The translations under genes and the position numbers were made by a program. Below, piece by piece: positions 17,222-27,102 of a stretch of DNA of 35,613 bases. Position 1 is the stretch's first letter. Every line of letters begins with the position of its first letter. Under the pieces are notes generated by a model. That model ran no database searches and had not been told where the DNA came from. It worked only from the letters and a program-made list of their open reading frames with translations. The stretch is from Pseudomonadota bacterium (lineage in GTDB: Bacteria > Pseudomonadota > Gammaproteobacteria > Steroidobacterales > JBCAXP01): contig JBCAXP010000003.1 in assembly GCA_038533995.1 (NCBI GenBank), forward strand, positions 1-35,613, written 5' to 3'.

Positions 17222-17763
17222 TCACAGTCTCCGGTCTGGTTGTCGTCACCGGGCCAACGCCGCGTTTCGCCGTAGCCGATAGACGTTTGAAATTCTTCTT
17301 CAGTGCAGCCGTGCGCAAACGCGGCGCGCACTACACCCGCATGGCAAACGACGAGGGTATCACCGTCGCGGCTGGCGTATTCTGCCAGCGCGTCCTGGCA
17401 GCGTTGCCAGACCATGCGCACGCTCTCGCCGCCGTGCGGCCGTGCGTCGAGGAAATCTGCCGCCCAGGCATCGAGCTCGTCGCGCGACACGGAGGCCCAC
17501 GGAAGGCCTTCCCAGGCGCCAAAGTCCATTTCGCTGACGCGCGGGTCAACGGCGAGCGGTAGCTCGCGCTGCTCCGCGATCTTTTGTGCGAGCTGGCGTG
17601 CCCGTTGCAGCGGGCTCGAAACGATGTGCTCGACAGTAGGCAACAGCGCGATTGCCGCCGCTGCGTCTGCGTCGAAGGTGTCGGCCAGGCCAATGTCCAG
17701 GTTGCCGTAGCAGTAGTCGCTGCCAAACACCGGCCGGGTGTGGCGCATCAGAATTACAGCCAT
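17218..17763 (-). CDS. cobC: Histidine phosphatase family, alpha-ribazole/adenosylcobalamin phosphatase
   Basis: True start at ATG 17763 (MAVILMRHT); CYG.LD, SSPLQRA, EMDFGAWEG..W, PHGGES, VVCHAGV; lies between cobS and cobO. Confidence 0.85.
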   Translation of the reverse strand: MAVILMRHTRPVFGSDYCYGNLDIGLADTFDADAAAAIALLPTVEHIVSSPLQRARQLAQKIAEQRELPLAVDPRVSEMDFGAWEGLPWASVSRDELDAWAADFLDARPHGGESVRMVWQRCQDALAEYASRDGDTLVVCHAGVVRAAFAHGCTEEEFQTSIGYGETRRWPGDDNQTGDCE

Positions 17764-18521
17764 GCGAGAAACCCGAGATAGGCGCCAAGTTCGCTCATCT
17801 GCTGCACGGCGCCGAGCGTATCGCCCGTGTACCCGCCAAGACGACGCTCGAACAACGAGCGCATGAACAGGTGCCCGAGCAGGGTTCCGGCAACGACACA
17901 TAGCGCCGCAGTGACGCCCCTGGCCATGACGACCCAGCCGAGCACCAGCACGCAGGTCAGCACGGCGACGGTAAGGCCACCGGCGCCAATGCCGTCGGCG
18001 GTTGGCTTGCCGGTGCCGTGATCGCGCACATACTGGCTGCTGGCCATGACCAGCACCGCCGACAGGCGCGACAGGGTATGCGCCACAACCATCATCATGG
18101 CCACCCGGGCGGGCGGCATCGCGAGAAGCGCCGCGACCTTGGCCGCCAGCACCACGCAAAGCGCGAGCGTGCCGTACGTGCCCAGGCGGCTGTCGCGCAT
18201 GATCTCAAGGGCACGCTCGCGACTGTTGCCGCCGATGCCGTCGAAGGTATCTGCCAGGCCGTCCTCGTGGAAAGCACCGGTGAAAAGCAGGCCGGCACCG
18301 AGCGCGAGGACCACCGCCAGGGGCGCCGTGAAAGTGTTTTCAGTGAGCAGGTAGACGAAGGCGCACGCGGCGCCAACGAGCGCGCCGACGAGCGGATAGT
18401 AGCGCGGCCCCGCCGCAAGCCGGGCTGGTGTGTATGAGTCGCCGACCGGCACGGGAAAGCGGGTCAGAAACTGCACCGCCAGTGCAAAAATCGCCAGTTC
18501 GTTGGTGGCGAAGCGCTTCAT
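17754..18521 (-). CDS. cobS: Adenosylcobinamide-GDP ribazoletransferase (cobalamin synthase)
   Basis: AVQFLTRFP, YPLVG, TGAFHEDGLADTFDG, LEIMRDSRLGTYG, LGGYTGDTLGA.QQ..E. Confidence 0.96.
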   Translation of the reverse strand: MKRFATNELAIFALAVQFLTRFPVPVGDSYTPARLAAGPRYYPLVGALVGAACAFVYLLTENTFTAPLAVVLALGAGLLFTGAFHEDGLADTFDGIGGNSRERALEIMRDSRLGTYGTLALCVVLAAKVAALLAMPPARVAMMMVVAHTLSRLSAVLVMASSQYVRDHGTGKPTADGIGAGGLTVAVLTCVLVLGWVVMARGVTAALCVVAGTLLGHLFMRSLFERRLGGYTGDTLGAVQQMSELGAYLGFLAWL

Positions 18522-19531
18522 GCCGGACCGTCAACCTGCGCGCTGTCAAAGCTCGCCATATCGCGAAGGAAGGCGCCGGCCGCCTGCACCAGCGGCCACG
18601 CCAGGAGTGCGCCTGTGCCCTCGCCGAGGCGCATGCCGAGATCCAGCAGCGGCCTTGCGTCCATCGCTTCGAGCAGCGCGGCGTGACCGTGCTCGGCGGA
18701 GCGGTGCGCAAACACGAGCGCCGGTCGGATGGACGGGTCGATGCCAAGCGCCGCGTACGCAGACGCCGTGCAGATGAAGCCGTCCACGAGGACCAGGCGG
18801 CGTGCACTCGCCGCGCCAAGCATGGCGCCGGTGATCATCACCATCTCGAATCCTGCGTATTCCTTAAGTGCGTCCATTGCCTCAAGCTGCGGTGCGGTGC
18901 GCGCCGCGGCCTGTCCAAGCAGGTCCCGCTTGCGCGCCAGGCCGGCGTCGTCGTGGCCGGTGCCCCGACCGGTCAGGCTGGCTACATCGGTGCCTGTGAG
19001 CTTGGCAGCGAGGAGGCTGGCCGCGGAGGTGTTGCCAATGCCCATCTCGCCGAACGCCACCACAGGCTGCGGGGCCTGCGCACCAAGCGCCTTGCCTGCT
19101 GCCAGTGCCGTTGCGCATTCGTCCGCGCCCATCGCGGGTTCTTCGATCGCATTGTTCGTGCCGCCGCGCACGCGCCGCGACAGCAAATCCGGGTGCTCGA
19201 CCGGCTCGCCGGCGACGCCGGCATCCACAACCTGCATGGCTACCCCGAGGGAATTCGAAAGCGCATTGGCCGCCGCGCCGCCGGCGAGGAAGTTGATCAG
19301 CATTTGCCGCGTTACGGACTGCGGGTAAGCAGAGACACCGGCGGTTGCCATGCCATGATCACCGGCGAACAGCGTCAGGCCGCAGGAGCTGGTGTCGGGC
19401 TGCGCGGTGCCCTGGAGCCTAGCAACCTGCAGCGCGAGTTCCTCAAGGCGGCCAAGGGAGCCGACCGGCTTGGTCTTGCCGTCGATCAGCGCCCGCAGCT
19501 GTTTGTCGAATTGGGAGTCAGGCATGGTCAC
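18518..19531 (-). CDS. cobT: Nicotinate-nucleotide-dimethylbenzimidazole phosphoribosyltransferase
   Basis: KTKPVGSLGRLE, FAGDHG, GVSAYP, GEMGIGNT, GRGTG, VDGFI, L.MRLGEGTGA. Start 19531 or 19525. Confidence 0.96.
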   Translation of the reverse strand: MTMPDSQFDKQLRALIDGKTKPVGSLGRLEELALQVARLQGTAQPDTSSCGLTLFAGDHGMATAGVSAYPQSVTRQMLINFLAGGAAANALSNSLGVAMQVVDAGVAGEPVEHPDLLSRRVRGGTNNAIEEPAMGADECATALAAGKALGAQAPQPVVAFGEMGIGNTSAASLLAAKLTGTDVASLTGRGTGHDDAGLARKRDLLGQAAARTAPQLEAMDALKEYAGFEMVMITGAMLGAASARRLVLVDGFICTASAYAALGIDPSIRPALVFAHRSAEHGHAALLEAMDARPLLDLGMRLGEGTGALLAWPLVQAAGAFLRDMASFDSAQVDGPA

Positions 19532-21392
19532 CTCGCATGTTAGCCACGATGTCGCGCAAGCCCTCTGCCGTGACCTCGGCCGCTGGAATGGCCGGGCCTA
19601 CGAGCAGATTGATTCGAGACCAGAAACGCCGCGGCAGGCTCGCGGCAGGGGGGCCGTACTTGCGGCTGAAAACACTGCCCCATAAACCCTGGAGCGCCAT
19701 TGGTACCACCGGTACCGGGTCGCGCGCAATGATGCGCTCTATGCCCTTCTTGAACTCGGCGATCTCGCCGGTACGGGTCAGGCTGCCTTCCGGAAAAATG
19801 CACACCAGCTCGCCGTTTTTCAGCGCGTCCGAGACCGCCTCGTAGGCCTGCTCCAGTAGTTGAGGGTCTACCTTTGACGGCGCGATGGGAATGGTGCGCA
19901 TGGTGCGAAAGAAGTAGCCGAGCACGGGCGCGCGAAAAATGTTGTGGTCCATCACGAAGCGCACCGGGCGCCTCACTGCTCCGGCGATAACGACCGGGTC
20001 GGAATAGGCAACGTGGTTGCACACCAGCACCGCCGGACCCTCGCCCGGCACGTGATGCAGGCCAGCCTTGCTGATGCGGTACAGCGTGTGCGACAGCAGC
20101 CACGCCACGCAGCGCAGCAGGAATTCAGGCACGGTACTGTAGATGTACACCGCCACCGCGGCATTCATTACGGCCACGACCAGGAATACCTGGCCGGTGT
20201 TCAGGCCTGCTGCGAGCAGTCCCATCGCCAGCAGCACGGCGATCACGATTGCGGCGGCATTGAGCAGGTTGTTGCCAGCGATCACCCGGCCGCGCTGAGC
20301 GGGGTCACTGCGTTGTTGCACCAGCGCCAGCAACGGCACGATGTAGAGCCCCGCCGAGGCGCCAATGCCGAGCAGATCGACAAGCACCCGGCCGCTGCCT
20401 TGTGTCTCGAGAAAGGCAGCGATGTCGAGCGGCGCGGCGACCCGCAACGGATCCACGGCTGCGAACAGGTGCAGGCTGAACACGGTGATGCCGATGGAGC
20501 CCAGGGGCACCAGGCCAAGTTCCACCCGGCCGCCCGCTGCGCGTTCGCACAGCAGCGATCCAAGTGCGATGCCAACGGAGAACGTCAGCAGAAGCAGCCA
20601 CACCACCTGCTCGTTGCCGCCGAGCGCAAGCTGGGCATAGCCTGCAAGCTGCGTGATGTACGTCGCGCCAACAAACCAGAACCACGCGATGCCGAGTGCG
20701 GAAAGAAACACGGTGCGCTCACGATGAATGATCCGCAGCTGCTCCCACCCGGCGGACAGCGGATTCCAGTTGATGCGTAACTCCGGCGACGGCGGCGGCG
20801 CCGCTGGTACGAGGTGGCTCAAGGCAAGGCCAAGGAGCGCGGTGCCGACAAGCACCGCGGCGGTCAGCGGCAACCCGGACGGTGCCATGCCGGCCAGCAC
20901 GCTGCCGATCGTGGTGCCAATCATGATGGCGAGGAACGTGCCGGCTTCCACCATTGCATTGCCCGCAATCAGCTCGGGCCGGTGCAGGTGCTGCGGCAGA
21001 ATGGAGAACTTGAGCGGCCCGAAAAACGCCGACTGCGCGCCGACCAGAAACAATGCAGCCATCAGGCCAGCTTCTGCGCGCAGCGCGATCAGCGTGGCGG
21101 CCGCCGCCATGATTGCCACCTCCGCGAGCTTGATGCGGCGAATCAGAAGCGCCTTGTCGTACTTGTCGGCAAGCTGGCCGGCAAGCGGTGACAGCAGCAA
21201 AAACGGCAGAAGGTACAGGGCGGACGCCAGGTTGACCGGAGCGTTCGCTTTGCCGCCAACTGAGTAGGCGGCCAGCACAATAAGGCCGGCCTTGAGCACG
21301 TTGTCATTGAGCGCGCCGGCAAACTGCGTGCCTAGCAGCGGCCCAAACCGGCGCCGGCAGGCAAGGGCAAAGGGATGAATCAGTTTTCGCAA
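19518..21392 (-). CDS. MFS transporter fused to a PlsC-type acyltransferase (LplT/Aas-like)
   Basis: RRFGPL..TQF.GA.NDN, GQLADKYDK, FFGP.K.SILPQHL; C-terminal NHVAYSD (HxxxxD) and IFPEG. TTG start. Confidence 0.92.
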   Translation of the reverse strand: MRKLIHPFALACRRRFGPLLGTQFAGALNDNVLKAGLIVLAAYSVGGKANAPVNLASALYLLPFLLLSPLAGQLADKYDKALLIRRIKLAEVAIMAAAATLIALRAEAGLMAALFLVGAQSAFFGPLKFSILPQHLHRPELIAGNAMVEAGTFLAIMIGTTIGSVLAGMAPSGLPLTAAVLVGTALLGLALSHLVPAAPPPSPELRINWNPLSAGWEQLRIIHRERTVFLSALGIAWFWFVGATYITQLAGYAQLALGGNEQVVWLLLLTFSVGIALGSLLCERAAGGRVELGLVPLGSIGITVFSLHLFAAVDPLRVAAPLDIAAFLETQGSGRVLVDLLGIGASAGLYIVPLLALVQQRSDPAQRGRVIAGNNLLNAAAIVIAVLLAMGLLAAGLNTGQVFLVVAVMNAAVAVYIYSTVPEFLLRCVAWLLSHTLYRISKAGLHHVPGEGPAVLVCNHVAYSDPVVIAGAVRRPVRFVMDHNIFRAPVLGYFFRTMRTIPIAPSKVDPQLLEQAYEAVSDALKNGELVCIFPEGSLTRTGEIAEFKKGIERIIARDPVPVVPMALQGLWGSVFSRKYGPPAASLPRRFWSRINLLVGPAIPAAEVTAEGLRDIVANMRGDHA

Positions 21393-21499
21393 CGCGGGTA
21401 CACGGTCATTCAGGCGATAGTCACGGCTTGCCCCGGGGCAGGCAAACGCAGATTATTCACCAACGCGCGGCCCCTGTCGCGATCGCGGAGTCACTATCG

Positions 21500-22186
21500 A
21501 TGATCGACATTCTGGCTGCTGCCAGGCAAAAGCGGGACGTCGCAGACGGCTGCACGACGCACGTGGCCGCACTGCCGGCGCCGTTCGCTCCGGCCGGGGT
21601 GCAGGTTGTGCAGTTTGATTCCCTGGCGCCGCAGGCGGCTTGCGTGGTGGCGGCGCCGGCCGGTGCGCTGCGCCTGGCAGTGGTGCTCGACGGCATGCTG
21701 TCCTGCAATGACGGGCTCGGCGGACAGCACCGCGTGCTGGGTGGCGAAGCCGTGCTGCTGGAGGCCGCAGACCCGGTACAACAGACCTTCGAGAACGAAT
21801 CCTCGACTGACACGGTCGAGCTGGTGTCGCTTTACGGTGTCGGAGCCAGGACCAGCCGCTGTGTGCAGCGCTATTTTTCGGACGATGCGCGGCGCGGTCG
21901 CCTGTGCCCGGTGCTTACGGGTGATGGGTCGGGAGACTCGCTGCAGGTCGACGGCAGTCTGACGGTGTCCGTCGCGAGCCTGGCGGCGAAGGGCTCGCTC
22001 GTTGTGCCAACGCCAGCCGGGCACCAAGCGGCGGTGTGTGCCATGTCCGGCGGGCTGTCGATTGAAGGGCGCCTGCTGGAGCGCCGCGCCCTTGCGCTTG
22101 TTTCCGGCGATGCGCCGGCCTTGCACCTAACCTCGGAAGAGCCCGCCGAGGTAATGGTGGTGCTTGCTGGGCCTACCAGGGAATAG
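21500..22186 (+). CDS. Pirin-like bicupin lacking the metal-binding residues
   Basis: Co-linear with YhhW-type pirins (VLDG.L...D.LG....V..GE, N.S.T..V.L, L..VL..DG..DSL.V, G.L.I.G..L, AEV.V); GGAG RBS before ATG 21500. Confidence 0.7.
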   Translation: MIDILAAARQKRDVADGCTTHVAALPAPFAPAGVQVVQFDSLAPQAACVVAAPAGALRLAVVLDGMLSCNDGLGGQHRVLGGEAVLLEAADPVQQTFENESSTDTVELVSLYGVGARTSRCVQRYFSDDARRGRLCPVLTGDGSGDSLQVDGSLTVSVASLAAKGSLVVPTPAGHQAAVCAMSGGLSIEGRLLERRALALVSGDAPALHLTSEEPAEVMVVLAGPTRE

Positions 22187-22868
22187 TGCTGCCGTCCTGG
22201 TCGATGAAGCGCCCGTTGTCTTGCGCTGAAAGTCCCTCGATGATGCCGCGCATGCGGCTGACCGACGTTTGCGCATCGATGAGTGCGTTGTCACCGCCCA
22301 TGTCTGTCTGCACCCAGCCGGGATGCAGCAGCACGACCTTGAAACCGTCACCGCCCAGGTCGAGCGCCGCGGAGCGCATCGCCGAGTTCAGGGCTGATTT
22401 CGAGGAGCGGTAGATGTAGCTGCCGCCGGACCCGTTGTCGGCGATGCTGCCCATCTTGCTTGTGACGTTTGCCACCACGCGGCGTTCGCCGGCGGCGAGG
22501 TTGTCGCGCAGCTTCTCCATGATCTGGAACGGCGCAATTACGTTCGTGTGAAACGTGTGTTTCCAGATGTCCGCATCGGAGTTGCCGAAGGACACGCCCT
22601 TCTGGCCGTAAATGCCTGCGTTGTTGATAAGCACGTCGATGCCGCTTGTGCCAAGGCTGTCCCGAAACGCATTCACGTGGTCCGGGTTTGTCACCTCGAG
22701 CGGGTGCACGGTGAGGCGGCCGTGGCTGCCCTGGGCCAGTTGCATCAGGTCCGGTGCGCGCTCCGGCTGGCGGCAGCACGCCAGCGTGCGCCAGCCCTCA
22801 GCAGCGTACTGAGTGGCAAATTCCAGTCCAAGGCCCCGATTGGCGCCGGTGATAACGACGGTGGGCAT
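22173..22868 (-). CDS. Short-chain dehydrogenase/reductase (C-factor/CsgA-like)
   Basis: TGANRGLG, LINNAG, SKMGSI, YRSSK (YxxxK), LHPGWVQTDMGG. Confidence 0.95.
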   Translation of the reverse strand: MPTVVITGANRGLGLEFATQYAAEGWRTLACCRQPERAPDLMQLAQGSHGRLTVHPLEVTNPDHVNAFRDSLGTSGIDVLINNAGIYGQKGVSFGNSDADIWKHTFHTNVIAPFQIMEKLRDNLAAGERRVVANVTSKMGSIADNGSGGSYIYRSSKSALNSAMRSAALDLGGDGFKVVLLHPGWVQTDMGGDNALIDAQTSVSRMRGIIEGLSAQDNGRFIDQDGSTIPW

Positions 22869-22989
22869 AGTAATCTCGCTCGTCCTAAGGCTTGGAAGGG
22901 TAGTTTACGCGCAGCGGCGGGCGGTTGTTAAGCGGCGCGCTATTGCTCAGAATGAACGCACGTACCGACCCGCGGAGAACCCAGAACCT

Positions 22990-24039
22990 ATGAGCAAGCA
23001 ACCCGGCAAAATCGCCCAATGGCTGGCGCGAATCATGGATGCCTTTGCCACGTCACCGGCCGACAGCGGCTTTGTGCGCTGGTCCAAGCGCGGCATGTTG
23101 CTGCTAATTCCGCTGTTTCTCTTCGGCTGCGTCCTCTCGTGGTACTGGTCGAGGGAACCGGACGTATTCTGGGTGAACCAGGGCCCGCCGGGTCAGGAGG
23201 CGATCAGCGGCTACGCCACCACCGACACGCTGATTCGCGCCGTCGAAACCCTGCTCGACAAGCCCGGCGGCTACCTGCTTAACGACATTGGCCCGCCTGG
23301 CGTGGTGCTCGACAACATGCCTAACTGGGAGTACGGCGTGCTCGTGCAGGTGCGCGACCTGTCCCGTGTCTTGCGTAACGACTACAGCCGCTCGCAGAGC
23401 CAGTCGACGGAAGACCCGGACCTCGCCGAAGCCGAGCCCGCGTTCAATTTCCCCAGCGACTCGTGGATTCTGCCGCCCACCGAGCGCGAGTACCGCAAAG
23501 GCGTTGGCTACGTGCGCGCCTACCGCGATCGCCTCGTGGATCCGGTGGACGAAAGCACGCAGTTTTTCAGCCGCGCGGACAATCTGCGCGAATGGCTGGC
23601 CGTGGTGGAAAAGCGCCTGGGCAGCCTGTCGCAGCGGCTGAGCGCCAGCGTTGGCCAGGACCGCGTCAATACTGACCTTGCCGGAGAGGCGGCGGCGTCA
23701 TCGGCAACGGCCCAGTCGACGGACGTGTTCGTGAAGACGCCGTGGTACGAGATTGATGACGTGTTTTACGAGTCGCGTGGCACGGCGTGGGCGCTGGTGC
23801 ACTTTCTCCGGGCAGCAGAGCTGGACTTCCGCGAAGTGCTGGACAAGAAAAACGCCGCAGTCAGCCTGCGGCAGATCATTCGTGAGCTCGAGGCGAGCCT
23901 TAGCCCCGTTCGCAGCCCGATCATCCTGAACGGTCACGGCTTCGGCATGTTTGCGAATCACTCGCTCGTGATGGCGAATTACCTGTCGCGGGCCAATGCG
24001 GCGGTGATCGATCTTCGCGATCTGCTGGCGCAGGGCTAG
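22990..24039 (+). CDS. DUF2333 family membrane-anchored protein
   Basis: YWSREP, TLLDKPGGYL.ND..PPG..LDNMPNWEYG, FANHSLVMANY.SRANAA motifs; one TM helix; GGAG RBS before ATG 22990. Confidence 0.88.
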   Translation: MSKQPGKIAQWLARIMDAFATSPADSGFVRWSKRGMLLLIPLFLFGCVLSWYWSREPDVFWVNQGPPGQEAISGYATTDTLIRAVETLLDKPGGYLLNDIGPPGVVLDNMPNWEYGVLVQVRDLSRVLRNDYSRSQSQSTEDPDLAEAEPAFNFPSDSWILPPTEREYRKGVGYVRAYRDRLVDPVDESTQFFSRADNLREWLAVVEKRLGSLSQRLSASVGQDRVNTDLAGEAAASSATAQSTDVFVKTPWYEIDDVFYESRGTAWALVHFLRAAELDFREVLDKKNAAVSLRQIIRELEASLSPVRSPIILNGHGFGMFANHSLVMANYLSRANAAVIDLRDLLAQG

Positions 24040-24098
24040 CAGCTGGCAAAACCGCGCCGGCGGCCCGCCCTGCGGGCCCGGCTAGTGAGTACGAAGCG

Positions 24099-24608
24099 CT
24101 AGCGCAGCGGGATCATCACCTCGGTGCGCAGCTCGGTTTTGTCGACCTTAGTAGGGTCGTCGACGTAGTGCTCGATAGAGTGGTCGATTAGCGCAAGGCC
24201 CTCGACCGTGGCATGGGCGAGCAGGCGCTTGTAGGTGTCACCCACCTTCATGTAGGGGCCGATGTGAAAGGTGCTCAGGTACTGCTGGCTGGCAAAATCT
24301 TGGGCCTGCACTGACTGGTCGCCGTCAGCAGGGGCGCTCACAAAACGGCCGGCGGCGAAGTGCATCTTCTCCATCAGCATTTGTTTGAGCATGCCTAAGG
24401 CGCCGCGGCGCGCTTCCTTTTCCCAGTCGATGCCGAAGTATCGGGCGTACGGCATGTCGACCGGCTCAATGCCGGACGCTTCGCAGTACGCCGAAATCTG
24501 TCCGTAGTTCTCCCCGAGCAACTTCGGCAGCTTGAAAACGGAGCAGCGCGCCTCGACTTCCAGCGCGGGACCGAGGGTCCGCTCCACCACTCTGATTTCC
24601 TGTGACAT
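24099..24608 (-). CDS. GyrI-like small-molecule-binding domain protein
   Basis: PYARY, H.GPY..V..TY, E.YVDDP...L.TEV.IP motifs. Confidence 0.85.
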   Translation of the reverse strand: MSQEIRVVERTLGPALEVEARCSVFKLPKLLGENYGQISAYCEASGIEPVDMPYARYFGIDWEKEARRGALGMLKQMLMEKMHFAAGRFVSAPADGDQSVQAQDFASQQYLSTFHIGPYMKVGDTYKRLLAHATVEGLALIDHSIEHYVDDPTKVDKTELRTEVMIPLR

Positions 24609-24645
24609 ACCTCACCCCCTTGCTAGGAGTGTAGCAGGCACAGAG

Positions 24646-26424
24646 TTAGAACTGATCTTCGGCCAAGGCCATGATGTCGTTCGAGCCTGCAGCCAGCGCC
24701 TCGGCGTAGGCCCGCGCACGCGGCATCACCTGCTGCGCGTAGAAGCGCGCCGTCACGATCTTGGTGCGGTAGAACTCGTCGTCACTGTCGGCCAGCTTGG
24801 CCTTGGCCGTGAGCGCTTCCTTCGCGAGCAGCCAGCCACCGGTGACGGTGCCGGTCAGCATCATCAGGTTGAACGCCATGGCGTTGGTGGCGTGCACATC
24901 GTCTTCGTAGCTCGACAGCAGCGTGGCAACGGCCTTGTCGAGCGTTTTCACGCCGTCGGCCAGCGTGTCCGCCATGCTGCCGAAGCCGTCACCGGCGTCG
25001 CGCAGTGCGTTCACGGTGTCGCGCATGTCGTCGGAAAGCGCGCCGATCGCGCGACCCTGGTCGCGAATCACTTTGCGGCCGGCGAGGTCCTGCGCCTGGA
25101 TGCCCGACGTGCCCTCGTAGATGGCCGCGATGCGTGCATCACGGTAGTGCTGGGCAGCGCCGGTTTCTTCCACGTAGCCCATGCCGCCGTGCACCTGGAT
25201 CGCGAGCGAGGCGACTTCATTGCACTGCTCGGTGCACCAGCCTTTCACGACAGGTACGAGCAGGTCGACACGCACGCGATGCTTGAGCTTGTCAGCGTCG
25301 TCGGTGGCGTGGTGACTGTGGTCAAGGTGCGCCGCGGCGAGGTAAGACATGGCGCGCATCGCCTCAATCTGCGACTTCATCAGCATCAGCATGCGGCGCA
25401 CGTCCGGGTGATGCACGATCGTTGCGCGGCCGTCGACGCCGGGTGCCATGCCTTGCACACGCTCTTTCGCGTAGCGCACCGCGCGCTGGTAGGCACGCTC
25501 CGCGATGCCAAGACCCTGGATGCCGACGTTGAGGCGCGCGTGGTTCATCATCGTGAACATGCAGGCCAGACCGTTGTTCTCTTCGCCGACGAGGTAGCCA
25601 ACGGCACCGCCTTCGTCGCCAAAGCCCATGACGCAGGTCGGGCTGCCGTGGATGCCGAGCTTGTGTTCCAGCGACAGAGGCCGCATGTCGTTGCGTTTGC
25701 CGATGCTGCCGTCGTCGTTGAGCAGGTACTTGGGCACGAGGAACAGCGAAATTCCCTTTACGCCGGCCGGGGCGTCCGGCGTGCGCGCGAGCACGAAGTG
25801 GATGATGTTGTCAGTCATCCCATGGTCGCCCCACGTGATGTAGATTTTCTGGCCGCTAAGGAGATAGTGGTCGCCATTGGGCACGGCCTTGGTCTTCACG
25901 GCCGCAAGGTCCGAGCCTGCCTGGGGTTCGGTGAGGTCCATGGCGCCGGTCCACTCACCGCTGACCAGTTTCTCCAGGTACTGCTGTTTGAGCGCGTCGG
26001 AGCCGTGCGCTTCCAGCGCCTCAACGGCAGCCTGCGTAAGCATCGGGCACAGCGACAGCGCCATGTTTGCCGACTGCCAGATTTCGCTGATCACAAACGC
26101 CAGCAGGCCCGGCATGCCCTGGCCGCCGTACTCCGGGTTGAACGACAACGAGTTCCAGCCGCCCTCGACAATCTGCCGGTAGGCGTCACCGAAGCCGGGC
26201 GAGGCGGTTACGTTGCCGTCTTCCAGGGTCGCGCCCTGTTGATCGCCGATACGGTTGAGCGGCGCGAGCACGTCGCCGGCTAGCTTCGAGGCTTCCTCGA
26301 CGATGGAGGCGACAGTTTCCGGATCGGCGTCTTCGAAGCCTGGCAGGCGTGCCAGCGATTCAAGATCGGCAATGTTTTCGATAACGAACTGGATGTCGCG
26401 AACGGGTGCTTGGTAGTAACTCAT
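24646..26424 (-). CDS. Acyl-CoA dehydrogenase (DmdC-like long type)
   Basis: YGGQG, W.GAMDLTEPQAGSDL, G.KI.ITWGDH, EHKLGIHGSPT, MFTMMN.ARL, QVHGGMGY, IYEGTSGIQA.DL. Substrate cannot be assigned. Confidence 0.93.
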   Translation of the reverse strand: MSYYQAPVRDIQFVIENIADLESLARLPGFEDADPETVASIVEEASKLAGDVLAPLNRIGDQQGATLEDGNVTASPGFGDAYRQIVEGGWNSLSFNPEYGGQGMPGLLAFVISEIWQSANMALSLCPMLTQAAVEALEAHGSDALKQQYLEKLVSGEWTGAMDLTEPQAGSDLAAVKTKAVPNGDHYLLSGQKIYITWGDHGMTDNIIHFVLARTPDAPAGVKGISLFLVPKYLLNDDGSIGKRNDMRPLSLEHKLGIHGSPTCVMGFGDEGGAVGYLVGEENNGLACMFTMMNHARLNVGIQGLGIAERAYQRAVRYAKERVQGMAPGVDGRATIVHHPDVRRMLMLMKSQIEAMRAMSYLAAAHLDHSHHATDDADKLKHRVRVDLLVPVVKGWCTEQCNEVASLAIQVHGGMGYVEETGAAQHYRDARIAAIYEGTSGIQAQDLAGRKVIRDQGRAIGALSDDMRDTVNALRDAGDGFGSMADTLADGVKTLDKAVATLLSSYEDDVHATNAMAFNLMMLTGTVTGGWLLAKEALTAKAKLADSDDEFYRTKIVTARFYAQQVMPRARAYAEALAAGSNDIMALAEDQF

Positions 26425-26502
26425 GGGGGAACGATCGCCTCGGTATGTCAGGTGTTACGCACGCCGGAACCTGAGTTGGCCGGAATGCTGCAGATGCACC
26501 TA

Positions 26503-27066
26503 TTATACGCGCCGCGCCTGCCAGCTTGCAGCCAGGACGCCTGCGCCGAAGCCGGCCACGTGGGCCTCCCAGGAAACGCCGTTGCCTGAAGGGAGCAGCC
26601 CCCACAGCATGCCGCCATAGATGAACGCCACCACCAGCGCGATGAACAGTGCGGCGGGCGTACGCTCATACCATCCGAGCGCAACCAGGTAGCCAAAGTA
26701 GCCGAAAATGACGCCACTTGCGCCGATATGCACGGCAGGGCGCGCAAAACACCAGACGGCGAGGCCACTGATGATCGCCAGTGCTGCGGTGACGCCGACG
26801 AACGCCCTGGCGCCCCGCAGCGCGAGCAGGCCTCCAAGCACCAGGAGGGCGGCGGTGTTTGCCATAATGTGAGACAGAGAGCCGTGCAGGAACGGTGCGG
26901 CCACGATGCCGGCCAGGCCGCTGACCTGGCGAGGCACAATGCCGAAGCCGTTGAGCGCCCGGCCACTGACAAGATTGACGACCTCAACCGCCCACAGCAT
27001 TGCGAGCAGTATCAGGAGGGGCTGCCACCGTTTCAGTACCGTGCGGACACCGCCGGCTTCCGTCAT
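26503..27066 (-). CDS. Rhomboid family intramembrane serine protease
   Basis: PFLHG...H...N, HIGASG (catalytic Ser), SWEAH..G (catalytic His). Confidence 0.92.
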   Translation of the reverse strand: MTEAGGVRTVLKRWQPLLILLAMLWAVEVVNLVSGRALNGFGIVPRQVSGLAGIVAAPFLHGSLSHIMANTAALLVLGGLLALRGARAFVGVTAALAIISGLAVWCFARPAVHIGASGVIFGYFGYLVALGWYERTPAALFIALVVAFIYGGMLWGLLPSGNGVSWEAHVAGFGAGVLAASWQARRV

Positions 27067-27102
27067 GAGCCCACCGTCATTCGCAAGGGCTGTGTAAGGG
27101 GC

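Noticed and set aside
17764-18159. Apparent N-terminal extension of the 313-aa cobC ORF
   Set aside because: It overlaps cobS in another frame; the phosphatase motif begins at ATG 17763.
24056-24082. GC hairpin between the convergent DUF2333 and GyrI-like genes
   Set aside because: No U-tract on either side; it may aid termination but is too weak to call.
24532-26283. 583-aa plus-strand ORF and other long antisense ORFs (e.g. 2854-3864, 12327-13364, 13163-14410, 18428-19543, 26728-27864)
   Set aside because: Shadow frames of well-supported opposite-strand genes in high-GC DNA; no recognisable motifs.
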